From positions 1 through 64,000 of the forward strand of contig JAVECL010000007.1 in assembly GCA_051942245.1 (NCBI GenBank): DNA of 64,000 bases. The letters run 5' to 3'. How positions within the stretch are numbered: the stretch's first letter is position 1; every line of letters starts with the position of its first letter. Positions 1 through 11,870 of the stretch are shown here, one piece after another. Position numbers and translations under genes: made by a program. Origin of the DNA: Trypethelium eluteriae. Lineage: Eukaryota. The notes beneath the pieces are model-generated. The model was given only the letters and a program-made list of their open reading frames with translations, searched no databases and had not been told where the DNA came from.

Positions 1-3000
1 CATTGTGCGGCCAATATTTGGATCCATTGGCTCGTCCAATATAGTGATCCATTGGTTCGTCCAATATATTGATCCTTTGTAGATGTGGTGGTAGCCAACG
101 GTGTAGCCGCTAGCGAAGGTGGTTGGATTACACCATCACCCCATCCTTCATGTAAGTCAAGCGGGGGTCCATTCTTCAGTATCACACCTATGACGTCTGC
201 GTTCGAGTTGCCTGTTGCAATATACAATGCGGCTGCCTTCTCTTGATCGAAAATTTCAAGCTCTAAGATGAGTCGTACGGCAGAAGCGTTTCCAGAGCGT
301 GCCAGTTCAAGAAAAGCTCTTCCGTCCATGATATCCATGCAACTATGAGCCAATAGCAATTTGATCGTACTTGTATGGCCGTGGATTGCTGCGTGTCCCA
401 ATATAGAGAAACCCTCATCTGAAAGTCGAAGACAATAGTCTCGAAGTTTGGAGTTTGATATTTGTACCAAAAGCCTCAGAAGGCCAGTATGGCCATTGTG
501 AATAGTCCAGTAGAAGAGACTAGTGTATGGTAGATTGTTCGATTTACTCGGATTACCCCAGGGCCGGATATCAAAACTTGTGGGTCTATCCGTAGCAAGG
601 GAACGAAATTTCTTCCAACATTTGTCATTCTCGGTGATATCTGAGGTGTGACTTAGCCAGTTCTCGATTGCATAACTCAGAAGTTGGTATCTCTTGCTCA
701 TATCTGGACTCGGTGGCTTTTTCAACACAAGAAATTGTGCAAGATCCAATTCCAAAGTCAGCGAGCGTTGTTGCACTTTCCGAGGAAATAGATATCTCCA
801 GAAACTGTGACTACTGAATATAGCGCTCCAGAGTTTTGGATAGGAAATGACACTGGCTATGACAGCCTTTGGTGAAGGGAATTGGCTTATTCCCTTGGCA
901 ATATCAGGCTCTAGTATCGTAATCTGGCTCTCAAAGTCTGAAAACAATAGATACGTCATGCAAACCTGTCCAGCTTCGATGTTAGCTTCTCCAGGATGAA
1001 AACGAAAGTCAGATATCGAAGATTCCGGTAGTGACCCGATCAAAAATTGTTGAACAGTATGGTGGGCAAACCGAGCGGTCGCGTCGTCATCAAGCACTAC
1101 AAGATTTCCACAATCTTGGATTAAGCGTGGAGTATGTGGAATTTTGGTTGAGTCCCAGAATTTATCGGTCCGATCAAAGGCAACAGCTTCCGCGAGTTCT
1201 GTGATAAGCAGCGGACGCTTCGCACAAGCAATCCATTTGAAAATCTTTTGTGCTCGAGTTATCTTCAAAGGATTCCGTGCAATTTTCTTTACTGCTCTCG
1301 CATATGTTTCTGCCATGCCTTTTGGAAGGTCCCGTAGCACCTGTCTAATACCATGATCTGAGTCTGTCTCACAAAGATCGGTAATCTGGAAGTGAACCCA
1401 AAGAAACCTGAGAACAAAAGTTAGCGTCACGGAGCCGATCGCGACATGTCGTGAGAAGAAAACAAACATTCCATGAGCTTGGCTTGTAATTGTGGTGATT
1501 ATCTCAGATCGTAGAGAAATATCTCGAATCCTCAGTGATTCAGATTTCATCTTGTTCTTCACCGTCTCCTTTACGAAATAACTGATATCGCTCGAGTTAT
1601 GCTCCTCCCCGACTCGCAGCCGAGGGAATTTGTCCAGAGACTTTGATATAGTATGCTCATCACGACTAGATACGAATATCTTCAACTTGGGTTGCGGAGA
1701 CTGACATAGTTCGTGTAATTTAGATAGAATTGCAGACTGCACATCAAATCTGCACTCGTCGAGGCCGTCTATGAAGAGAAACACTCTGGAGAAATAGTTC
1801 ACAGCTTGAAACAAGATAGCTGACAAGGATTCATTCATGACAGCTTCAGAGATCTGTCCGCAAGCTTTGGTTATCTGCTGTTCCAAATCGCTTGACATGT
1901 TTATCTCTTCAAGGAGCTGTCTGATTATTGCCCCGAGGATATTTCGTAACTCTAGAGATCTAAGGTCAGAGAAGTCGCAGTAGTAATATATGGTTCCGAT
2001 TTCTTGGCTTGTGATATCTTTCATTATAACGTCCTGAGTGGTGAGTTTGGAAACAGTGACGTCTTCTCTGCCAAATTCTTTGGACAGCTTATCTATCAGA
2101 GAAGATCTGTACCAGGAAGCTTTAGTCTCTGAATGGTTTATCCGGTATAGGGAGGATTTACACTAGAACGGTCTTTCCTGAGCCAGCTAGAAGACGTCAG
2201 GTTAAGCATTGCCCTAAATCATGACAACGTAAATTGAATACAGGCGAGCTTACGGATCCCGCTACGCCAAAGACAATCTGAGGTTTCCCGATTTTTCCAA
2301 TCTTGAACCTCATTACTTTGAGTTAGCCATTTACCTGTCCCAGGGAAACGCTTTCTCCGTTCTTTGATGTGCTTATCAATATAAGTCTGAGATGACAAAT
2401 TTTTTAGAAGAAGGTGTCTATAGTTGACTACGGGAATCTTAGCGATAAGTTTCCCTTGAATGGATGTTGAGAACTCACTCATTCTCTGTCTCTCTGCCTC
2501 ATCTTTCTCTCTGCGCAGTACCTCTCTATCTTGTGAAGTCTCAATCATGTGCGATAACTTGACCTCCTTCTCCATGTTTTCTATACTCTTGCGAAATTTG
2601 CCGAGAATATTCTCTTGAAACTTCACATCGAAAGTCTTCCAAATGCGTTTGTATAGAAAGCCTGATACAACATTAGCACCACGTCGAAATCTTAAAAGAG
2701 CCGTGCAGATCTCACTAATCTTCGGATCTCTCAATTCACGAAAAATCGCCTTTGCATCTATACAGAAGTGGATGATATCTAAATACACCACCGATATGGC
2801 CTGCAGTAATCGACCGTGAGCAGGGAATAATGCATAATAGATCCGACACCTTGGAAGGTTGTCATCAATGCGAGTCAGCATGTCAGTGATATTCTTGAAA
2901 TATTTCTGGAATCCTTTGGCGATCTGATACCAGCGTTCGTTAGTGAAGTGTCTATTCGGAGAGAGGTGAGCTTGATTCACATGTAACAAAACCCTAACAC

Positions 3001-3274
3001 TGCCCCATAGCGGAGCCATCGCAATTGCGTATGTATTGGAGAACACGTCGAGTGCCTCACCAAATTGGCATATGGCGTTGACAAAGGGTTCTAGCTTTCT
3101 TGATATGTTCCGCATTCTACTCTGCTCCTCGTGACTTTTTCGTGCTACATTGGTACTATCAAGAAGATTTTCCAGAGAGGCGGTTTCGAATACCTTTTGC
3201 TCTTCTTCGTTCAAATCTTTCATATACAGGTTACGTGCCTGCAACCACGGGTCTTGTGTAGATATACTACCCAT
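1..3274 (-). CDS. NLR-like STAND protein (N-terminal helical domain - NACHT - winged helix - ankyrin repeats); multi-exon, 3' end runs off the window
   Basis: ATG at 3274. After splicing, Walker A reads GIPGSGKT (25-nt microexon 2162-2186) and Walker B reads RVFLFIDGLDEC (~1750-1790). MFLWVHFQI and RPLLITELAEAVA motifs follow. Ankyrin-like LFYWTIHNGHTGLLRLLV and HAAIHGHTSTIKLLL at ~340-520. The frame read over the last ~240 nt stays open to position 1. Confidence 0.88.
11..75. repeat. 25-bp tandem repeat, ~2.6 copies (CCAATATWKKGATCCATTGGYTCGT)
   Basis: Units at 11-35, 36-60 and a partial unit at 61-75 read directly from the sequence. Confidence 0.85.
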
Positions 3275-4254
3275 GGTCAATAGTTGTAAGAGTAAATCAA
3301 CTTAAAGTACTCAAGTTCTCCTAAGAGATGTGTTCACAGAAGGGTATCGCGATGGTCTCCGATCTGACTGGGATATTGAGGCTCCTGATCTTCAGAGGGG
3401 AGAGGGAAATCACAGATAAGGTCCGAAAGGAAGGTATTCTGTTCAGGCTGAAGCAGGGTACTCTTATCTGTTCCACTTGTTCAGGGCCAGGCAGTGCAAG
3501 GCATACCTGGGTTTCCAGTTTAGGGCTTTCCTAATGCACTTCGCCACTGTTGCCTGAGGTAAGTATCGCATGCACGTACAACGCAGGGATGTCTGACATG
3601 AAGCGGCGCGTATCTCCCCGAGCCTTGCCCTGCAAAACCTCGGACAAGCACAAAGTTATCGCACAACGAGACAAAGAAATGCTGCAAGCCATTCCCTAAG
3701 TTACTAATCCACTGTCATTTTATCTAAATCTTTGTAGCCTGGCTCTCAGAAAGGTCTTGCTGGGAAATGCCAATTCTACAGTACCATGGCCCATTGCCCG
3801 GCTGTACTCATGCATGAGTCTCAAACCGGCTGTGATTTCTTACCCCCTGCAGGCTGAGAACGTACAGTATGTTCACAAGGGGCCTTGATTGGTAGTTAAC
3901 CTTCATGGAATCGGGCTCAGTGACGTCTTTTCGGCTCTCGGCTTTCTTCAGTCTTGGCTTCCTCGCTGTGTTCACATTGATTCTGTTAGAAATGTACAGC
4001 TCAGAAGGTCAGTGGGAGCACGTGATGTTCTGAATGGGACTAGCGTACATACGCAGGGCTTTCGTGTACGACAGGTTCTGTGTGTTCACACAGAATTGAC
4101 TAACATACTTCTAGCTAGCACTTTGGCAGCAGCAATTCAGTTGGCAGTTCCTTTTACAGTAGTGCAGTGCACGTCATCCTGAGTGTCCCTACCTTCCATC
4201 TGCACGCCTCCGAACCTATTTTCAACAGATTCTAACCTCTCCATACGCCAAACT

Positions 4255-4485
4255 AGGTTAGTACCGTAGTAATAGCGCGCTGATTCACCGAAATTACGCC
4301 CGGCTCAACCTCGGCTCAACTCCGCTCGGGTTTGCATCACCACGGCTCACGCTCTTGTTTGGTCTTGCTCGCACAGTGCCCAAGTATTTTCTAGGTTTAA
4401 AAGACCGTACTTAAGGCCTGTCTAATAAATCACTGCGTAACTTACTGCGTTGCATTCTAGGAACTACACGTTTCGGAAATATTTA
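4255..4485 (+). repeat. Diverged dispersed repeat, copy A (GCTCAR/GCTCGG subrepeats); probable transposon relic
   Basis: Aligns by eye with 8693-8900, e.g. AAATTACGCCCGGCTCAACCTCGGCTCAAC vs AAATTACGCTCGGCTCAACCTTAGCTCAGC; ATTCTAGGAACTA occurs in both. Confidence 0.75.
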
Positions 4486-5006
4486 GTAAGAACACATTGT
4501 CTAAGCCTGATTGCTGTGTCTTGGCCGCAGGTAGAGGAGAGCCAAAGCTCGGAGCCGTCGTCCAAGTCTGTCTGAGTCTTGGTCGAAAGATGAGGAGAAG
4601 ACGAGGATGGTAGATGAACGAAAGGGTCTTCAGCTTCGAGCGAGGCCTCTACGGCTAGAGAGTAGAGATGACACGTTATCCGGTTCTCCGAAGGGAGATG
4701 CGGTCGTACGCTGGAGCATAACCTGGTGATATGCTTATCGTTGCGAGCGGTCAGAAGCCGGAGTCATGTTATTGGGGCTCTCAACTTGTTACGAGCGGTC
4801 GCCTGTATCGAAAGTAGTATTTCTAGAGACAATCTATCTGTCCGATTAAAGAACGCTGTGCCAATTCATCAGTGCGACAGACCTTCTAACTACTTAAGAA
4901 GTGATGACTGCACAACGGATACGTCACTGAATCATTTGTATGATTTATTGCCGGATTACGGCCGCGGAATGCCTCATCCCTGCACCGACTGTCCCCATTG
5001 CGACTT

Positions 5007-7854
5007 CTATGGAAATGCACCCGGCATTGCCGGGACGTCTTGATCATTATGAGTGCGCTCAATCCAATCCTCCTTTCGAGCCAGACACTCGAAACAAAAC
5101 GTTTGACCGGGTTGATAAGCATTACGCCAAATTCCGCCTTGCACCTGAAAACAAGTCATCATTGAATTGCGTATCGATCGCATGCGTTTTAGGTTCCTTT
5201 TCAAGCCTGATCTTGAAAATTCTCGCGAGAGCCAGTCCTGGAGCTGAAATGAGAGGCCAACTTCGTACTCCGCAAATTTTGTGCGACAAGGCTGCCGACA
5301 CCGCTTGGCTTGACAAGTCTCTGCATGCTTTGTGATGGCCGCAGGTCTATCAAGCTCAATGGCTGGAAGGGTTTCTTTGAAGTCGTCCAAGGCTGAACAC
5401 AAGCATTCGGTATTTCTGATAGCATGTTTGACACTTTCCCACCATGGTTCGATGAGAGAGCCAACACAGTACAGATACATACCACGGGGCTCCTCGTAAC
5501 ATGGCCTCCAATTAGAGATACAGCATCCCGGCTCTTTGGTTGGTTTGAATCTTGGTAAATTGAATAAGAGGCGAAGGGAGCGTAAACTCCACCCTTCGCT
5601 TATTAATGGGGAGTCCGAGCATTGCAATTCGCGTTCTAACAGCGCATCAACATGGCCCGTTACCCAATCACGCCACCTTTGGAACCAGGCAGAGAACCAG
5701 AGCCCCTGCGATAATGGGGTTTCACCGCCCTATGGTGTATGCAAATCTTGTTTGAATCGACACAGGAGTCGGAACGCATCGATGCTGCGTAATCTTTTTG
5801 GGATGAAAGTTTTGCCAAAGAGGCAGTCGGGATCAGAAAGTAAGTTGTGGAATAAAGTCTGTCGGTAATCATCGGAAAGCGTTTCATTTTGAGGAAGTAT
5901 TGTCAGAATTGCTTCCAACAATGCTAATTGATCATGGCTCATTGCGCAGGACGCTAAGAAGCTCCAGACTGATTGATCCTCGGATAAAGTAATATTTTCG
6001 AAATGGAAGCGAACAGTCCATCGTACGAATTCATCTCGAACCTGCGAATATGGGTCTGCACATAATGCCGTCAGGTGTACTAGAAACCACTCCCAGCCGT
6101 CATTACCATAATCAATGTGGTCGTCAAAAAGTCTAACGAGATCTTGCCATTCCCTGAAGGCCCCCTGATGGCCAGCGGTCCCTAGATAGGCGATTGGTGT
6201 CGCCCTGCAGTTAAAGCAGCTCAGGACAAGCACTCTATCCAACTTTACACGATAAACACTTACCTCTGAGGATTCTTGTATGCGTGGGCCTCTGGATCAG
6301 CGCCATGGAGCAGGAGATATTTTGCCATCTCGTACTGCGCTCCAGCTACGGCATACTATATCAATAATATCAGATTGGGTAAGAAAGTATAGATAGACAT
6401 ACCGACATGTAGTGGTGTAAGGCCCTTTGGATTTACGTCCAGCACAGACGCTTCGCCCCGTTCGAATAGTAGCCGGACGGCATCAACATTCCCGTACAGG
6501 CACAGATCGAAAATAAGTGCGCCGTCCGGGACCGCTCGCTTTGGAGTAAGAAGAGGATACGGATCATGGAGCGAAAAACTGAGCACGGTCGTGAATCCGC
6601 AGATAATTTGCCAACTTCCAGGATGGTAGACGAATGAAGTCGTGACCTCAGGTTTCTCCGAAACGTCGTTCGCGATGCTAACAGTGGTCTTGGTCCACTT
6701 CGTACATCGATACAAGATACCAAGAATGTCTGACTGGAATAAAGGGCGCGAAAAGTAATTTCTAGTTTGGGTGCTTCGCTTCGATCGACTTCGGCTTTCC
6801 GTCGGAAGCTTCCTTTGCATCGCTAGCGCCTGCTGTCCCGCGAATCTTTCGCTTTTGCGCAGTGTAGACTGTGCACAGAGTACGACTTCACTGTTAATCT
6901 GTTTAGCATACCCAGAGGCCCTATTGTCAGTGACCTCAAGTGCTAGAGATGTCTCCGAGAGCGCATGGTTGGAGTGTGTAGAAGTTTCGGAGCTTGCAAG
7001 TCTGGATTCAATGCCTGTAGAGTCTTCTGAAAGATCAGCGCGACGTTCGCAGATAGTCCAAAGGATGATGCTCACCGTTTGCTGTTGCATCTTGGTCTAG
7101 TGTGTCATCTAAGGCCTCATTTTTCTGGCGGCTATGTCCTCCAATCTTCGGCTGAGGTTCTGAATTGATTGGCTCGATCACATCTTTGTGACTGGCAGTG
7201 TCCACGATCGGGTCGTCAATGAAATCAGGTGCATCGCCAATTCTTCTTGACAATACGATTGAGGGCGTAGAGGATCGCGTGTTTTCTTGACCATTGGCAT
7301 TGCTTGGTCGCGTTCTATACATTTCAGCCAATTAGCTCAGGTCGTTGTATAATGCTTTGAGATTCCTCTCACTTATTTTGATAGGAAAGGGCAAGCAGAA
7401 GAGTGGTTTTAGTATCTTCAAGCGAGCTACGGAATTCGTCTAGCTTTGGCTTCTTTCTTGAAGTTCTACAAGCAGCCCAAATCTTCTGGCGTTTTCCTCC
7501 AGTGGCAAACCCCCGCTCAAGTTCTTGGACAATCATCTGAAGCTTGCGAACCTTAATGCTGCACACATACCGCGCTTTGTCACATGTATGCGTATCGCAC
7601 GTCGCGATTGCTGCATCATTATAGGCGGAGTCTTGAATGATCGTAATCAGTAAATCCAGGTCAGCCAGAATGGTTGTCACTACCAGCGGCGCATCTTTGA
7701 TAGAGCTATAGAAAGCATGTATTTCTCCAACTGTTCGGACCACCAAGTTTGTAAAAGACGCAACACCAAGAGCTGTGGCATCGAGGGTATCAGCTGGACT
7801 TTGTGGCTCACGAATGTATTACTCACCACCTGCGGTGACCGCGAGGCTCTCCAT
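5007..7854 (-). pseudogene. HeLo-like N-terminal domain + ankyrin-repeat protein with one in-frame TAG at 5730-5732 (pseudogene, truncated allele or readthrough)
   Basis: Spliced N-terminus MESLAVTAGALGVASFTNLVVRTVGEIHAFYSSIKDAP resembles fungal HeLo-like N domains. Ankyrin motifs GNVDAVRLLFERGEASVLDVNPKGLTPLH/YAVAGAQYEMAKYLLLHGAD. ORFs 5730-6242 and 5007-5627 share a frame and are separated by a single TAG. The C-terminus ends MPGAFP. Confidence 0.75.
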
Positions 7855-8692
7855 GGCCCGTGAGGCGATGCGTCAGCAAGAAAGATAGGTGTTCCCAAGC
7901 GAGACTGGTGGCGTAAAAAGGTGCGTAAAAATATGAAAGTGAGTCTTGAAATAGACAGGAACGCGCAAGAAGTTCCATCCGGCTCGATGATGTAAGGCTA
8001 CAGTTGTCTAGTACTCTACCCATTGGAAAGTACGACTAGGAGTGTTCCCCAACATTCCGCTTGGACCCCCACTCCGACCGCAGATTTCTGGATAGTGCAC
8101 AATTTTCAAAGCTCAATAACTCCATCAAAATAGCTCCAATCGATGCAGCTCTTGCTATCTTAGATCCTAGGAATTGCATGCTACTAGAACTGCAACCAAA
8201 AACAATGAAGCTACTCAATTTATGATGATTTTAGACACCGTTTTCGGAGAAAAGGACTCGATTCATTTCTCTGTGTAACCTGAGGTAAGGGCTCTATATA
8301 AACCTCATCGAAAATGAGGACAGTAAAAAACCTAATTAACTAGTAAACTGAGGACCTACGTAGTAGGTTCGAGAATCTCGCGCATTGACCCTCGTGTAGA
8401 GCATAGCGAGATTACGCGGTAGGCTAGGTTGATTGGATCAACTTCATGAAGAACATCATGAACATCATCAATTTATATTGCGAGATTGCTTTGTTAATAA
8501 CATCCTCAGTTTCGCAGATGCTCACTACGATAAAATGTCCAAACAAACCCCAAGAAGGTAGAAGAAATTGCACTGCGGATATAGATCAACAAACTATCTG
8601 ATTGTGGTATCCCTTCTATATGAGGTTACTTTGAGCTTGAATATCCTCCGCTATATACTCCATTGATTCTACTCTCTCCATTCACCCAAATC

Positions 8693-8900
8693 GGTTAGTG
8701 GTATTAAAGCATTAACTCAGCAAAATTACGCTCGGCTCAACCTTAGCTCAGCTTTACTCAGGCTTGCTCAGTCGTGCTCGATCCTGCTCAGTCTTACTTA
8801 TATAGTGTCAAAATATCGTTCAGGCTTAAACAACCGTGTTTCAGATCTGCTCAGTCTTACTCTACGTCCCAATTCTAGGAACTATTCGCTTTCAAATTAT
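8693..8900 (+). repeat. Diverged dispersed repeat, copy B (more AT-rich, RIP-like)
   Basis: Direct-orientation homologue of 4255-4485; many of the differences are C>T/G>A. Confidence 0.75.
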
Positions 8901-10270
8901 CCTTAAGAAAATATCGTCATATATATGCGACTATCGTGGGGATGCCAGAACTGGACATGCAAGAGTAACGGAAGCCATGAATTATGTTAGAAGCTCTCTG
9001 GACCACCCTTCAAGCCTTGTTAGCTTCTGAGACACGGTGGGCTTTTAATTTCGATAACACCTGAGGGCCGTGTCCTTTTCCCTAGCCATTGTCGAGTAGG
9101 CACCCGCAAACTCGATTGCAGCGCTGACCATGCAGTCGCCGCCGACTCTGGCACTTGTCATAACGGCGCTTGGGGAGGACCCTGAGCTACTGGCGGACCC
9201 GTCGCTAACGGCAGAGAGGATATTTTTTGTGCCAATGCAGATGCGGATCCAGAATTTGACACCGCAGATGATAAGACGTCTGTTTAGGTTTGGGGATGGT
9301 GCTAGTATAGTTTCTTCCTTACTCAGCTCTTATGTAGGAGTTCTCCTCTCGTATATAGAGGCCCCTGCTTTATATAGGGATATTCTGGTTAGTATACGTC
9401 TGCGTTTCGTATACGGTGAATATGCTTTTGTCAGGACAGAGTGCTTAGTAAGTCCGGCTTTGTTGGGAAGGTCTCACAAACAGGCTGAAATATCTCTCAG
9501 CGGAGGTGGAAGATACATTCAAGTTTTTACCCCTAAGTTCAAATGCATTCCCTCGCCTTATTCCTGGGAAAGGAGAGAATATTGAAGGAAAATAGGTTCC
9601 AGGAAGTACAAAAGTTGGCGCCGTAACCCCATAAGCCGCCAAAATGCACCGAGACAATACTTCCTGACCAAGGGAGTTGCTACCTGAGCGTTAGTTGGCT
9701 CCGGATCTATACGAGCAAGATGATGAGCCGGCTGAGCAGTACGATGCTGATACGATACATGACGCAGCCATTCTCTCATGAATCTCGGGACTGTATAGGA
9801 AAGAAGTGAGTAGTTCACTCGTTCTTTGAGACAGCTTCTGGGAATATAATGCTCACCAAGACTTTTTTCAAACCTTGCTTATGCCAAGATGCGTGTCATT
9901 ATCTTGAAGCTACTTTGGAAACTCGGTCTCGCATTGGCTCCAGAATCAGACCACCATAATTGGACAAGCTCTTAGAAGACTTTCTCAAACGAGGGTTTAT
10001 GGTAGACTCATCCCAAGATAAGATTGAAGAATGAATGAAGAGGACCCTGAGAATTGAGCATCAACATTTACATGTGTAGGAGTTGGTAGTCACGAATTGT
10101 TCAGATCAACATGTAATGTCTGAATGTCATGCGGCTCATCTCCTATCGGCTTGCGTGATTGACCGTCGTTTATGAAGACCATTATAATGTGTATCAGTCT
10201 ATGCCTTGAGTGTGTTATAGAAAAGACTCTGATCCCTGATTAACTTTTGAGAATACTACAGTTTTATTCT

Positions 10271-11604
10271 TCATCGCGCGAGCGCCGCCATCTTTCTACC
10301 TCCTTGCGTCAAAAGAGCGTCCAGAATGCAAATTGAAGCCATGGCCTCCACGATTGGAACCGCGCCTAAATATGGTTAGCAGAATCAGTTTTATCGTTAT
10401 TTGACTTACGCGGAACAACGCAGGGATCATGACGCCCTTTAGCCTCTAGAAGTCCATCACTTTCTCCTTCAAATGTGATCGTTTGTTGAGGCAGTCCAAT
10501 CGTTGCAGGCGACTTGAAAGCGACACGAAAAAAGACTGGCGCGCCGTTCGTGATTCCTCCCTGAATACCTCCGCTGTTGTTCGTCGAGGTTGTGAGCTTT
10601 GGTTTCGCAAAGCCGTTCTTGACATCCGAATCCGTGTTGGGGTTGCGAATAAACATGTCATTGTGGGCGGACCCAGGGATTTCTGTTCCTTCAAATCCAG
10701 AGCCGATTTCAAATCCCTTTGTCGCTGGAATGCTGAGCATACCGTGGGCGAGTGTCGCCTCCAACTTCGAAAACACCGGTTCGCCTAGTCCAGTTGGAAC
10801 GTTTCGAATGACACACGTAACTGTGCCTCCAATACTGTCCTGGCGATCTCGAAGCTCGGCAATGCGATGCTCCATTCTGGCAGCCAGTTCCGGGTCTGGA
10901 CACCGGACAGGCGACTTGTCAACGATTTCCCGTGTAACCGTTTGAAGCAGTTGGAGAAACTCGGGGTTATGAGAAGTGCACGGGTACTCAGCTGTTGGTG
11001 GAATGTGATGAATACTCCCGACAGATGAAACCCAAGCAACAATCTCAATCCCATGGGCAAGTTTAAGGTAGTGCTCACAAAGAGCGCCTGCCGCCACACG
11101 GCCGATTGTTTCTCGCGCACTCGAACGGCCCCCGCCCGACGAGGCACGAACACCATACTTCTCAAGGTAGGTGAAGTCGGCGTGACTAGGGCGCGGATAC
11201 TGCCTCATGGTATTACCTTTGTAGTCTGAGGGGCGGAAGTCTTGGTTTTTGACGACCATGGCTATCGGGGTCCCGAGTGAGACTCCTTCTTCCACCCCTG
11301 ACTGGATTGACACAATGTCAGCCTCATTCCGAGGTGTCGTAATAGAGCTTTGACCGGGGCGGCGGCGAGAGATCTGATATCCTGTGTTACAAAGTTCTAG
11401 AAAGTACAATGGTTGTTTCATATACTAACCTGAGGCTGAAGTATCTCTTCCGAGACCGGGACTCCAGGAGGAAAATTGTCGACAATACATCCAACGCTGG
11501 GACAATGGCTACGGAAATTAGCGACCAACGCTTTCCTAGCTCGAGATAGACATTTACCTCTCGCCGTATGTCGTTACACGCAGAAACTGCCCAAAGGTTG
11601 ACAT
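10271..11604 (-). CDS. ARO2: Chorismate synthase
   Basis: [17 protein letters not shown] start; [46 protein letters not shown] and [18 protein letters not shown] motifs; 3 introns. Confidence 0.96.
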
Positions 11605-11725
11605 GGTCCGTTTTGTTCACGGTTTGTCGGAGACGTACGTTCTAGGAAAACGTTTGTTGCCAGATCTGTTGCTGTGGACTGGAGCCAACCATCAAATATT
11701 ACAGCCACTTCTCAAGGTAGACCGT

Positions 11726-11870
11726 GTGACGTCAACAGTGTCGTTCTGAGTCCCATTCGTGAGTCACATATGTGGATAATTACTGGTTCTGAACATACCT
11801 TACTTCCAGAACGAAAGAAAAAAAAAAAAAAAAAAAAAACACGCTCACGTGCACTCGCACACGTGATGAC
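11726..11870. promoter_or_regulatory. Chorismate synthase upstream region: Gcn4/CpcA site TGAGTCA (11760-11766), CRE-like TGACGTCA (11726-11733), poly(dA) tract and CACGTG E-boxes
   Basis: Exact motif matches 120-270 bp upstream of an amino-acid biosynthesis gene; function inferred. Confidence 0.55.

Noticed and set aside
9050..9820. ORFs 9130-9585 (+) and 9558-9818 (-), and TATA-like motifs near 9350-9376
   Set aside because: No recognisable motifs or coherent exon chain; could be a gene relic but is unsupported.
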